This document shows, in pieces, positions 8,476 to 17,116 of a DNA stretch of 32,000 nt. How positions within the stretch are numbered: the first letter of the stretch is position 1; each line of letters opens with the position of its first letter. Position numbers and translations under genes: made by a program. The notes beneath the pieces were generated by a model. That model made no database searches and was not told the origin of the DNA. It was given only the letters and a program-made list of their open reading frames with translations. The DNA is from Candidatus Omnitrophota bacterium (GTDB taxonomy: Bacteria > Omnitrophota > Gorgyraeia > 2-01-FULL-45-10): assembly GCA_023818895.1 (NCBI GenBank), contig JAMWCX010000001.1, forward strand, positions 479,789 to 511,788. The letters run 5' to 3'.

Positions 8476-9327
8476 TCATTTTATTATGTTTCTTACAAAC
8501 TTCTTCGACATAAGCCTTGCCACAACGCTTACGGCCAGGATAAGAAGCGTGAGCACCAGGGCTGAAGCGTATCCGCGTTGCCGTACCTCAGGAAATGGCG
8601 TACCGAGCTGAAAAAAGATGGCGAGCGGAAGCGTCGCGACAGGCTTAAAAAGCGAATAAGGGATATAATCCGTAAAGCCGGCGGTAAACAGGACCGATGC
8701 CGCATCGCCTATGCCGCGGCCGAACGATATGAGGGCCGCTGTCAATATGCCGGGGAAGGCCTGTCTGGTTATGACCTTTGCGGCGAGCTCCCACCTGGTT
8801 GAGCCAAGCGCCAGACAGGATTCGTTCATTTCGAAAGGTATCATCCTCAATGTCTCGTCTATGCTTCTCGCCATGATAGGGATTATCAGAAGGGCGACAG
8901 TAAAAATACCCGCTATAAGAGATGCTTTGAGGCCGAAGAATATCATTACGGTAAAACCAAAAGCGCCATATACTATTGACGGCACTCCCCATAAAACATC
9001 GAGAAAGAAGCGCACCATTTTTGAAAACTTAGATTTTTTCCTTCGATATATGTGCAGGTAAAATACGACGGGCAGGCTCACAGCAAGGGCTAATGCAGTG
9101 GCGCCTGTCCCTATGGCAAGAGATCCCAATATAGCGTTGAGTATCCCGCCTTCTCTTCCGATGTAATAACCGCCTTGCGGTGTTTTTATTATCATATCTA
9201 TACTGAGAGCCGGCAACCCCTTAATAAAGACGGTGGAAAGTATGAATATGAGGCTCATTACGGTGATAATCGCAGAGCCCGCCATTATGATTTTAAAAAA
9301 ACCTTCTTCTAGATTTCTCCTGTCCAT
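8476..9327 (-). CDS. pstA: Phosphate ABC transporter permease PstA
   Basis: 283 aa and polytopic. This is the second permease of the pstSCAB order. It carries an EAA-like loop (ESCLALGSTRWELAAKVITRQAFPGILTA). Confidence 0.9.
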   Translation of the reverse strand: MDRRNLEEGFFKIIMAGSAIITVMSLIFILSTVFIKGLPALSIDMIIKTPQGGYYIGREGGILNAILGSLAIGTGATALALAVSLPVVFYLHIYRRKKSKFSKMVRFFLDVLWGVPSIVYGAFGFTVMIFFGLKASLIAGIFTVALLIIPIMARSIDETLRMIPFEMNESCLALGSTRWELAAKVITRQAFPGILTAALISFGRGIGDAASVLFTAGFTDYIPYSLFKPVATLPLAIFFQLGTPFPEVRQRGYASALVLTLLILAVSVVARLMSKKFVRNIIK

Positions 9328-9332
9328 AAATT

Positions 9333-10253
9333 TCAGGCCTCATCTTCCATGCGTCCGAGTATCTTCCATCCGACAATATTAAACAAAACCGTCACCAAAA
9401 AGAGCATCAGTGCCGCAAGAAGCACGGCGGCGTCATAAAGCGGGATAGACATCATCTCGCCATAGGTGTTCGCTATGAGAGCCGGAAGCGGATATGCCGG
9501 ATCAAACAAAGACCTTGGTATCACATGCATAGCGCAGCCGGCCACCATCAGAACCGCCATCGTCTCTCCGAAGGCGCGCGAAAGACCGAGGATTACGGCG
9601 GCGAATATCCCTGGCCTTGCCTTCTTAAGCACGACCCCTTTGACAGTCTGCCATTTAGTGGCCCCCAGGGCAAGGGACGCCTCGCGCATGCTAAAAGGCA
9701 CGCCAGATAGCACTTCCTCGGCGATTGCTATTATTATAGGAAGGACCATGACCGCCAATACTATACCTGCTGTCAGGACGCAGAATCCCGTATAGTTGTC
9801 CGACAAAAAAGGAAAAAACGGGAAATGGCCGACACAGAAAGGCATTATATGATCGCGTACAAGCGGCACGATTGTTACCATGCCCCAGAATCCGTATATC
9901 ACAGGCGATATGCCGGCAAGAACGTCTATGACCGGCTTTACAAGCTCGCGCGTCCTCTTGTGGCAATATTCCGAAAGATATAATGCTGTGAAAATACCTA
10001 GCGGTATGGCGATCACCATTGAAATCGTGGTAACCCAAACAGTCCCAGCTACGAATGCCGCAAGGCCGAATCGCCCTTCTGTCGGCCTCCATAGGCTTGA
10101 GAAAAGTATGTCTCGTATGCCGCTGCGGACAAGAATCGGCAAGGATCGTATATAAAGACCGACCGCTATCAGAAACACAATGCTCAAAATTCCGATACAG
10201 AGCATAAACATCAGCTTCCTTGCGATCAGATCTTTTAGCCTTCTTGTATCCAT
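9333..10253 (-). CDS. pstC: Phosphate ABC transporter permease PstC
   Basis: 306 aa and polytopic. This is the first permease after pstS. It carries the EAA loop REASLALGATKWQTVKGVVLKKARPGIFAAVILG. Confidence 0.9.
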   Translation of the reverse strand: MDTRRLKDLIARKLMFMLCIGILSIVFLIAVGLYIRSLPILVRSGIRDILFSSLWRPTEGRFGLAAFVAGTVWVTTISMVIAIPLGIFTALYLSEYCHKRTRELVKPVIDVLAGISPVIYGFWGMVTIVPLVRDHIMPFCVGHFPFFPFLSDNYTGFCVLTAGIVLAVMVLPIIIAIAEEVLSGVPFSMREASLALGATKWQTVKGVVLKKARPGIFAAVILGLSRAFGETMAVLMVAGCAMHVIPRSLFDPAYPLPALIANTYGEMMSIPLYDAAVLLAALMLFLVTVLFNIVGWKILGRMEDEA

Positions 10254-10268
10254 AAAAAATACCGCCCT

Positions 10269-11204
10269 CTATTCAATGCCACTAAGCACATTCAGGCGTT
10301 CTTCCTTGGGAAGCGGCAGGCTCGCGCCGACCTCTTCAACTATTTTTGAGCCCTCGTCGCTTAATGCGAATTCTATGAACTCTCTTACTAACCTCTTCGG
10401 CTTTCCTTTCACAAATAAATAATTTTTCCGGCCAACAGGATAAGAACCATCTTCAATCGCCCTGATTGCGGCCTGCCGCGTTCCGAATATCTCATTGGCA
10501 TCTGCCCTACCATTATCATTAGAATCTATAGGGACTATAAGCACGCCGTCCACTATTTTTCCTTCACGAGTAAATATATAGCTAAAATTATTATAGCCTA
10601 CACCCAGAGGGTCTCTCTTTACCGTTTCCAAAATACCGGGGTCGCCATAAACACCGACTCCTTTCAGGTCCTCCTGTTTTTTTCCCGTAAAGGCGGCCCA
10701 GCTAGCAGCAGCGCCGCACGAATCAGACCTGGTGTATACATGTATAGGTTTGCCAGTCTTTGAACCGGCAATATCGTCCCATGTCTTTGCCGCGCCTGTT
10801 ATGTAGATGGCGGTCCATGCGTTCTTTGAAACACCTTTTTGCATAAGCTCTTTCAAAACGGGGTTCTTTTCACTAACCACAGGATATACGGCATCATGTA
10901 AAACGTATACGGCAACTATGCCTTTCTTTAACTCTGCCGGATCCGGCTCGCGTGACACCATCCCAATATCCACAAGTCCGGCCATGGCGTCAGATGCGCC
11001 CTTTCCCGCTCCGCCTGCCGATACGTCAATCTTGACAGTGGGATGGGCCTTCTGGAAGCCTTCAGCCCAGGCAATAACTGTAGGATACATAGCCCATGCG
11101 CCCGAGATAGTAATGGTGCGTTCGAGATCCTTATCGGACGAACATGCGAACTGGCAAGAAAGCAGCAAAATAACCGCTGCCGCAATACAACTTTTAAACC
11201 TCAT
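10269..11204 (-). CDS. pstS: Phosphate ABC transporter substrate-binding protein (PstS family), probable lipoprotein
   Basis: The track start at 11210 is GTG. I prefer ATG 11204, which lies 6 nt after AAGGAG. The signal/lipobox region is MRFKSCIAAAVILLLSCQFAC. PstS-like strings include ITISGAWAMYP and DVSAGGAGKGASDAMAGLVDIGMVSRE. Confidence 0.9.
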   Translation of the reverse strand: MRFKSCIAAAVILLLSCQFACSSDKDLERTITISGAWAMYPTVIAWAEGFQKAHPTVKIDVSAGGAGKGASDAMAGLVDIGMVSREPDPAELKKGIVAVYVLHDAVYPVVSEKNPVLKELMQKGVSKNAWTAIYITGAAKTWDDIAGSKTGKPIHVYTRSDSCGAAASWAAFTGKKQEDLKGVGVYGDPGILETVKRDPLGVGYNNFSYIFTREGKIVDGVLIVPIDSNDNGRADANEIFGTRQAAIRAIEDGSYPVGRKNYLFVKGKPKRLVREFIEFALSDEGSKIVEEVGASLPLPKEERLNVLSGIE

Positions 11205-11223
11205 GCGCACCTCCTTAAAAATA

Positions 11224-12651
11224 TCAGAATTTAACTATAACATCGAACAGAAACTGAGTGTAGGGATTCTGCTTGCCGTCGGACTTTATCGGCTTCATCC
11301 AGTAATAGGAAAAATTCAGGGCCGTATTCTTGAAAAGCTGATACTCGAACATCGCTTTTATGCCCTTGCCATTGGTGCCCCCCGCCGCCGGCAGGCCATT
11401 GGCACCCGTCGGCGCGTTGATGCCGGCATACGTCCCAAAGCCGTAGAAATTAGAATCCGGCAGAAAGTCAGGCACAGAGTCGCGGCCAAGATAGCGCCAC
11501 TCAAGCTTCGTCCTCCAGTCGCCGTTATCCTTTAATTTATTATTACCTATATAGCCTCCTATCTGGATAGCCTTATTAGTATCATTATCATGACAAGAAG
11601 GATTATATAGGAAGTCTCCGTAGAAGCCGTGCTGAAACTCCCATTCCATGACCTTCTGATTATCCACTTTCCATAATAAATCAAAAACATCATACTCATA
11701 CTTATATGTGCCAAGAAGAGGGTTGGCGGCGCTGGCCGCCATGCCGCCGAGATCACCGCGCCAGACACGCGAATTTGTGCCCGCGCTGTTGGCGTTCGGC
11801 GTCTTATGCTGCAGATTCGCGAAATCATACAGGGTAACGGCGATGTTTAATATCGAATCAAATATACCAAACTTAGCGGTCTTGATACCTACCTGATAAC
11901 CCCAAAGGAGAGGATCCGTATTAGAACTTGCCAGCTCATCCATCCATAGCATAGCGATATTAGAGTATAGGCCAAATGCTGGCAATATATCGGTTTTTAC
12001 TTCAGGAGATTCGTACTGTAACGCTATACCTCCCGGACATATGTCAGGATCCCACATCATCTCGGATACCTCGTAGGGATTCTGGAATTTGCCCGTCCAT
12101 AACTTCAAGTCCTTGTAATAGTTGCCGTATTCGATTAACCAGGTCTTCGGCGCTTCAAACCTCAGGTAATACTGATCAAACATGGCATCAGCCTTGCTGA
12201 AATAATTATTCAGGATAATATCTCCGGACCGCGAGTTAGCGTCGCCGCCGTTGAACCTGCAGCCGGCATAAGCGACCTCGTTCACCTTAGCCTCGATATA
12301 GAACCGCGGTCGTATGCTCTCCTGCCACCTCTGTTTTGATATTGTATTGGCGGTGGTGGCGTCTGTGGTCTTGCCCCAGTCTGCCCTCGTCCTGAAGCGA
12401 ACATCCCCGCCGATCTTTATCCTCTCGGTCCATTCAGAAGGCCCAGAGGAGACTTTAGCCCTGGCTGCCATCTCCTCCTGTTTCTTCATAGCTATATCCG
12501 CCCTCAGTCCGGCAGCTTCCTCCGAGGTTATTAACCCCTTCTTGACCATCAGGTTCATAAGCATATCGATCTCGGACTCAAGTGCCCAACATGCGCCTGC
12601 CGCCAATAGAATCAACAGGCTCATCAATCCACTCACGATATACTTCTTCAT
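11224..12651 (-). CDS. Outer-membrane beta-barrel porin (phosphate-related by context only)
   Basis: I place the start at ATG 12651, 6 nt after GGGAGG; the track start 12711 abuts the rrf2 stop. The signal peptide is MKKYIVSGLMSLLILLAAGACWA. A short charged helical segment follows, then a Gly/Tyr/Asn/Trp-rich alternating pattern. The C-terminus is FDVIVKF, whose terminal Phe is typical of the OMP beta-signal. Confidence 0.7.
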   Translation of the reverse strand: MKKYIVSGLMSLLILLAAGACWALESEIDMLMNLMVKKGLITSEEAAGLRADIAMKKQEEMAARAKVSSGPSEWTERIKIGGDVRFRTRADWGKTTDATTANTISKQRWQESIRPRFYIEAKVNEVAYAGCRFNGGDANSRSGDIILNNYFSKADAMFDQYYLRFEAPKTWLIEYGNYYKDLKLWTGKFQNPYEVSEMMWDPDICPGGIALQYESPEVKTDILPAFGLYSNIAMLWMDELASSNTDPLLWGYQVGIKTAKFGIFDSILNIAVTLYDFANLQHKTPNANSAGTNSRVWRGDLGGMAASAANPLLGTYKYEYDVFDLLWKVDNQKVMEWEFQHGFYGDFLYNPSCHDNDTNKAIQIGGYIGNNKLKDNGDWRTKLEWRYLGRDSVPDFLPDSNFYGFGTYAGINAPTGANGLPAAGGTNGKGIKAMFEYQLFKNTALNFSYYWMKPIKSDGKQNPYTQFLFDVIVKF

Positions 12652-12688
12652 CACACGCCTCCCATTTTTATTGTCTACTTGTTTAGTA

Positions 12689-12711
12689 GTGTTTATATTA
12701 AAAATATACAC
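12689..12711. promoter_or_regulatory. 23-bp imperfect palindrome (11-1-11) between rrf2 and the porin gene
   Basis: The minus-strand orientation reads GTGTATATTTT-T-AATATAAACAC, with 9 of 11 symmetric positions pairing. It starts immediately after the rrf2 stop codon (12712-12714), about 37 nt upstream of the porin ATG. Confidence 0.3.
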
Positions 12712-13167
12712 TCATACATAATATGTAAGCGTCTTCTTTTTTCTTTTCGCATGGCCGATTGTTCTCTCGCAAATATCGGCAAGCGTGATATGGTCTAGTA
12801 TCTGCGCCGTAACGTTTCTTACATCGAGCATTATGCTTCGCAAGCCGCAAGTCCTCTCTTTCGGACAGGCGATATGAAATGCCTTAGAAACGCATCCGAC
12901 TGGCGCGAGGGGACCGTCTATAAGCCTTATTATCTCGCCAAGCCTTATATCCTTCGGCGACTTTAGAAGCTCGTAACCGCCGCCCACTCCAGCCCTGCTT
13001 CGCAGGTAGCCAGCGCCTTTTAAGAGCAGCATTATCTGCTCAAGGAATTTCTTTGGTATCCCCTCTTTGCGGGCGATATCCTGCATCTGCGTCATTCCGG
13101 TATTATATCGTAACGCAAGATATATAAGGGCACGCAATGCGTAGTCACCCTTCTTTGATATCTTCAT
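12712..13167 (-). CDS. Rrf2-family transcriptional regulator with a three-Cys (Fe-S type) motif
   Basis: 151 aa. The N-terminal wHTH is MKISKKGDYALRALIYLA...QDIARKEGIPKKFLEQIMLLLKGAGYLRSRAGVGGGYEL. A Cx8Cx5C cluster (GCVSKAFHIACPKERTCG) sits in the position of the IscR/NsrR cluster ligands. Confidence 0.9.
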   Translation of the reverse strand: MKISKKGDYALRALIYLALRYNTGMTQMQDIARKEGIPKKFLEQIMLLLKGAGYLRSRAGVGGGYELLKSPKDIRLGEIIRLIDGPLAPVGCVSKAFHIACPKERTCGLRSIMLDVRNVTAQILDHITLADICERTIGHAKRKKKTLTYYV

Positions 13168-13192
13168 GGTAACGGCTTCCCCAAATTAGGTC

Positions 13193-13245
13193 CAAAAACA
13201 AAAAATTCAAACAATCGCCGAAAGCCTGCGCCCTGGCAGCGCTTC
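13193..13245 (-). terminator. Terminator-like hairpin plus U-tract in the fmt-rrf2 spacer (fmt terminator or leader attenuator)
   Basis: On the minus-strand RNA, GGAAGC-G-CUGC (loop CAGGGC) GCAG-GCUUUC forms 10 bp with one bulge. It is followed by GGCG, then AUUGUUUGAAUUUUUUGUUUUUGG. Confidence 0.4.
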
Positions 13246-13261
13246 CGTGCCTCTATAGCAT

Positions 13262-13295
13262 AATGTCTATAAAGTATATAGACTTTATATACATT
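13262..13295. promoter_or_regulatory. 34-bp near-perfect palindrome overlapping the -10 / start-site region of the rrf2 promoter (candidate autoregulatory operator)
   Basis: The plus strand reads AATGTCTATAAAGTATA|TAGACTTTATATACATT, with 15 of 17 symmetric positions pairing. Confidence 0.4.
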
Positions 13296-13314
13296 ATTCA
13301 GCGAACGTTGTCAA
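13286..13314 (-). promoter_or_regulatory. Sigma70-type promoter upstream of rrf2
   Basis: The minus strand reads TTGACA (13314-13309), a 17-nt spacer, then TATATA (13291-13286). Confidence 0.5.
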
Positions 13315-13329
13315 CTCTTTTTTGAACTT

Positions 13330-14277
13330 TTATAGTTTCGAGGGAAAGACGTAGCCTGCCTCTATCCTGTGGCCCCGAACGAAGGAGTCGGAGTCTAGTA
13401 TTCTGCCGCCCTCAAGCTGGAGGTTCTTTATGGCAAGCGTGCCGGCGCCTGTATTTACTATTATGCCTTTATTCTTTATAACCGCGAGGACTTCGCCCGT
13501 GTCGGCATTGTTGTCTTGCGCATCGTTGAAAAGCTCGGCATGCAGTATTTTGAGAATTTTGCCGCGGTAGTATGTGTAAGCCCCCGGCCATGGTATAAGG
13601 CCTCTTACCCTATCGCGTATCTTAACTGCCGGAAGAGTCCAGTCAATCACGCCATCCTCTTTTTTTAATTTGGGGGCATAGGTGGCTTTTTCGCTGTCCT
13701 GCTTCTCGAATTTTTCTTTTTTCGAGGCGATTAAATCTATAGCTTCAAGGAGCGCCAACGCGCTGGTATCGGAGAGCTTTTCGGTAAGAGTGATATTGGT
13801 ATCTTCTTCCTCTATGGGGATCTCCTTTTTTAGGATAATATCGCCTTCGTCCATGCGCTCGTTCATCCTAATAACAGTAACCCCCGTGATCCTCTCCCCT
13901 TCTATTATAGCCCAGTTCGTCGGCGCCGCGCCTCGGTATTTAGGAAGCAGCGACCCGTGAATATTTATCGAATAGATCTTTGGGATTGAGATGATCTCCT
14001 TTTTGAGTATCTTACCGAAGGATATTACTACGAAAAGATCGGCATCCAAATTTTTTAGATAATCTATGGCCTCCGCCGACGAAATATCCTGAGGCTGGTA
14101 TACAGGTATGCCATGCGTTTCGGCTAGCACCTTGATCGGTGGAGGTGACATCTTAAGGCTGCGTCCGGCTCTCCTGTCCGGCTGCGTCACTACCACCGGC
14201 ACTTTGTGCAGCGACCCTATGAGCGCTTTAAGCGCTGGTACCGCGAATTCAGATGTCCCGAAGAATACTATTCTCAT
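13330..14277 (-). CDS. fmt: Methionyl-tRNA formyltransferase
   Basis: It reads MRIVFFGTSEFAVPAL, the SLLPKYRGAAP motif (HGSLLPKYRGAAPTNWAI) and a C-terminal Fmt domain. I prefer ATG 14277, preceded by GAGGGA at a 4-nt spacing. The track start 14289 is a TTG that actually forms part of that RBS region. Confidence 0.95.
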   Translation of the reverse strand: MRIVFFGTSEFAVPALKALIGSLHKVPVVVTQPDRRAGRSLKMSPPPIKVLAETHGIPVYQPQDISSAEAIDYLKNLDADLFVVISFGKILKKEIISIPKIYSINIHGSLLPKYRGAAPTNWAIIEGERITGVTVIRMNERMDEGDIILKKEIPIEEEDTNITLTEKLSDTSALALLEAIDLIASKKEKFEKQDSEKATYAPKLKKEDGVIDWTLPAVKIRDRVRGLIPWPGAYTYYRGKILKILHAELFNDAQDNNADTGEVLAVIKNKGIIVNTGAGTLAIKNLQLEGGRILDSDSFVRGHRIEAGYVFPSKL

Positions 14278-14382
14278 ATCGTCCCTCAAATTTTTGCGCC
14301 TTACTGCCTTTCCACCCTATCCATCCGGCTAAGACCCTAACCCAATTGTGCTGCCATTTCACAGCACCTAAAAAATTTCCTA

Positions 14383-16383
14383 TCACATTGAGATAGGGTC
14401 AACGTCAACCGCTATAAAGACGCTGTGTGGCTTGTGGAATTTCGCGAGCACCCTCTTTAAAAGATCGCACATCCTCTTCTTGTCGTCACCTTTCAACATT
14501 ATATTATACCTGTAGTGCCCGCGCACCCGCGAAATTGGCGCAGCGGCGGGCCCCCCTATCATCACATCCTTATCCTCGGCTCTTATGGCATTCGCAAGGG
14601 CAGCCGCCGTCTTTTGCGTAAATTCCTCGTTCCTGGCTCTCACCACCACTTTTATGAGACTCACGAAAGGAGGCAAGAGAAGCTCCTTCCTCGAGGCTAT
14701 CTCCTCCTCGTAGAACCTATCATAATCGTGTTTTGCGGCCGCAAGTATCGCATAATGATGAGGCGCGTATGTCTGAACGATTACTTCTCCGCCGTCCTCG
14801 CCACGGCCCGCGCGGCCAGCCACCTGAGTAAGGAGGTTGAAGGTGCGCTCACTGGCACGGAAATCTGGCAGGTTGAGAGTGACATCAGCCGAAACAACCC
14901 CAACGAGCGTAACTTCCGGAAAATCAAGTCCCTTCGCTATCATCTGGGTACCCACAAGCATACTGGCATCACCGGACTTGAACTCCCCCAGAATCCTGTC
15001 GTGCGACCCTTTCTTAACAGTCGTATCCGAATCCATTCTTGCTATATGGATGTGGCTGAAAGCATGGCTCAGCTCGGATTCCACCCTCTCTGTTCCCAAA
15101 CCAAAATAGCGTATATAGCCTGACCTGCATTTCGGGCATATATCAGGAGGGTTTTGGGTTGAATTGCAGTAATGGCAAATGAGCTTCTTTTCCTCGAAAT
15201 GATACACCATCACGGCATCGCACCTCTTGCATTTAAGGACAAGTCCGCATTTCCTGCAGTTGACGAAAGTGGAAAAGCCGCGCCTATTGAGAAATATTAT
15301 CGCCTGTTTTTTATTCTTAAGGGCGTTGTCGATGGCGTCAAGCAGCACTTTGGAAAATATAGTTATCTTCTTTCGTGTGGCAAGCTCCATCCTCATATCG
15401 ACGATCTTGACCTTTGGAAGCAGCCTCTCCTCTATCCTCTTGGTAAGCTTTATAAGTTTATAACGACCTTCTTTTGCTTTATAATAGGATTCGAGCGAGG
15501 GCGTGGCGCTGCCTAGGACAAGCGGGCAGCTATTAAGACGCGCGCGCTCTTCGGCAACATCGCGCGCGTGGTAACGCGGCACATCCTCCTGCTTATAGGT
15601 AGTCTCGTGTTCTTCGTCGACGATAATGAGGCCTAAGTTTTTCACGGGGCTGAATATGGCCGATCTCGCGCCGACGACAATATCAGCCCTTCCGTCTTTT
15701 ATCTTCTTCCACTCAAGAAACCTCTTTGCTGGCGTAAGGTGTGAATGGATCACAGCCACACGGTTGCCGAACCTGGAGACGAAGCGCTCTATCGTCTGCG
15801 GCGTAAGCGCTATCTCTGGAACAAGCATTATCGCCTGCCCACCCTTTTTTAGAACATAGTCTATGGCCTGCAGGTAAACTTCCGTCTTGCCGCTCGCGGT
15901 AATACCGTGAAGAAGAAACGTCCTGTGCTCTTTTTTATCTATGCAGTCCGCTATCATCCTTAGCGCCTTGGCCTGTTCCTCCATAAGGACATGAGGTTCT
16001 GTCCTCGAATAGTCCTCTACATTGATGTGGGATTCTTTTATCCTCGAGCCAAGGCTTTTCTTACCCTTTTTGATACCGCCGGGTATCGCAGCCTCAATGG
16101 CCTCGCCCCACGAGCAGAAGTAATTATCGCTTATCCATTTAGTGAGAGAAAGCATCTCAGAGCTCAGGATAGGCTCCGCGTCGATGACAGTCTCGATCGG
16201 CTTTATCCCCTCGCGACCGGCCGTCTCGCTGAATCCCACGACGTAACCTACCACCTTCTTTGAACCAAACGACACAAAAACACGGCTTCCTATGGCCAAT
16301 CTGCTCAAAAGCTCTTCCGGTATTTGATACTGGAAGAGCTTGTCTATAGGGAGCGCTATCGCGATGTCAGCGTATTTTGGCAT
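14383..16383 (-). CDS. priA: Primosomal replication-restart helicase PriA
   Basis: 666 aa. It has Walker A GITASGKT, a DEEH box (IVDEEHE) and the Cys-rich zinc region CRKCGLVLKCKRCDAVMVYHFEEKKLICHYCNSTQNPPDICPKCRS. Confidence 0.95.
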   Translation of the reverse strand: MPKYADIAIALPIDKLFQYQIPEELLSRLAIGSRVFVSFGSKKVVGYVVGFSETAGREGIKPIETVIDAEPILSSEMLSLTKWISDNYFCSWGEAIEAAIPGGIKKGKKSLGSRIKESHINVEDYSRTEPHVLMEEQAKALRMIADCIDKKEHRTFLLHGITASGKTEVYLQAIDYVLKKGGQAIMLVPEIALTPQTIERFVSRFGNRVAVIHSHLTPAKRFLEWKKIKDGRADIVVGARSAIFSPVKNLGLIIVDEEHETTYKQEDVPRYHARDVAEERARLNSCPLVLGSATPSLESYYKAKEGRYKLIKLTKRIEERLLPKVKIVDMRMELATRKKITIFSKVLLDAIDNALKNKKQAIIFLNRRGFSTFVNCRKCGLVLKCKRCDAVMVYHFEEKKLICHYCNSTQNPPDICPKCRSGYIRYFGLGTERVESELSHAFSHIHIARMDSDTTVKKGSHDRILGEFKSGDASMLVGTQMIAKGLDFPEVTLVGVVSADVTLNLPDFRASERTFNLLTQVAGRAGRGEDGGEVIVQTYAPHHYAILAAAKHDYDRFYEEEIASRKELLLPPFVSLIKVVVRARNEEFTQKTAAALANAIRAEDKDVMIGGPAAAPISRVRGHYRYNIMLKGDDKKRMCDLLKRVLAKFHKPHSVFIAVDVDPISM

Positions 16384-16443
16384 ATTCGCACTTGTTGGAA
16401 ATTCGCTACCAGCGATCGGTCACAAAACTTTTACCGATTTTTG

Positions 16444-17115
16444 TCAATTTTTGTCCAGCTCTTTTTTTATCTTCTTCATGTCCTCCCATACCAGCTTCTT
16501 GTCTTGCGGATTCCTCAATAAATACGCCGGATGGAAGGTGGGCATCACTTTGATACCTTCGTATTCATAAAACTTCCCTCTCAGTGCCGATATCGGCTTA
16601 TCGGCATTGAGGAGGGTCTGGCTGGCAAATTTACCGAGCGCGCATATAACCTTCGGTCGTATTATCTCAATCTGTCTTTTCACGTTTTCACGACAGGCGA
16701 GTATCTCGCTCGGAAGAGGTGAGCGGTTGTTAGGCGGTCTGCATTTTAAGATATTAGCTATGTAGACGTCGGATCTCTTCATCCCCATCGCCTCTATGAT
16801 CCTGGTGAGAAGCTGCCCCGCCCTTCCAACAAAAGGCAGACCCTGAATATCTTCATCCTCTCCCGGAGCCTCTCCTATGAACATGAGCGCGGCATGCGGA
16901 TTGCCTGAACCGAACACGACATTGCGCCTTGTTCGGGAAAGCTCACAGGCCTCGCATTTGAGCACCTCTTTTTTCAGAGTCTCAAGGTCTTCCTTTACGG
17001 GCTTTGTAGCAAGCAGGGACTCATCTTTCGAGAAGAACTCCGCCATCCCCGATTCCTTTTCAAGATCTATATAAAACTTTACGGCCGATATTATCTCCTC
17101 GAGATCCCCATCCAT
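16444..17115 (-). CDS. Uracil-DNA glycosylase, family 4 (Fe-S type)
   Basis: It has the motifs GEAPGEDEDIQGLPFVGRAGQLL and HPAYLLRNP, plus the Cys ligands CEACE...LKCRPP. I prefer ATG 17115 (GGGGGAAATTAGG upstream), one nt after the TAG of the upstream gene. The track TTG start is at 17139. Confidence 0.9.
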   Translation of the reverse strand: MDGDLEEIISAVKFYIDLEKESGMAEFFSKDESLLATKPVKEDLETLKKEVLKCEACELSRTRRNVVFGSGNPHAALMFIGEAPGEDEDIQGLPFVGRAGQLLTRIIEAMGMKRSDVYIANILKCRPPNNRSPLPSEILACRENVKRQIEIIRPKVICALGKFASQTLLNADKPISALRGKFYEYEGIKVMPTFHPAYLLRNPQDKKLVWEDMKKIKKELDKN

Positions 17116-17116
17116 C

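Noticed and set aside
8645-8992. Same-strand alternative-frame ORFs inside pstA (8645-8992) and pstC (9691-10092), and similar short minus-strand ORFs inside other genes
   Set aside because: They are fully nested out of frame within permease genes whose own frames give coherent TM proteins. The nested translations are Arg/Gly-rich nonsense.
10807-11535. 242-aa plus-strand ORF
   Set aside because: It is antisense to pstS and the porin gene, both of which have strong family features. It is a shadow ORF with no motifs.
14383-17115. PriA helicase plus uracil-DNA glycosylase considered as a possible nucleic-acid defence pair
   Set aside because: Both are canonical housekeeping proteins: PriA has its zinc-finger region and DEEH box, and the glycosylase is a family-4 UDG with Fe-S ligands. 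They are flanked by fmt and lack nuclease, sensor or toxin partners. Nothing suggests an immune function.
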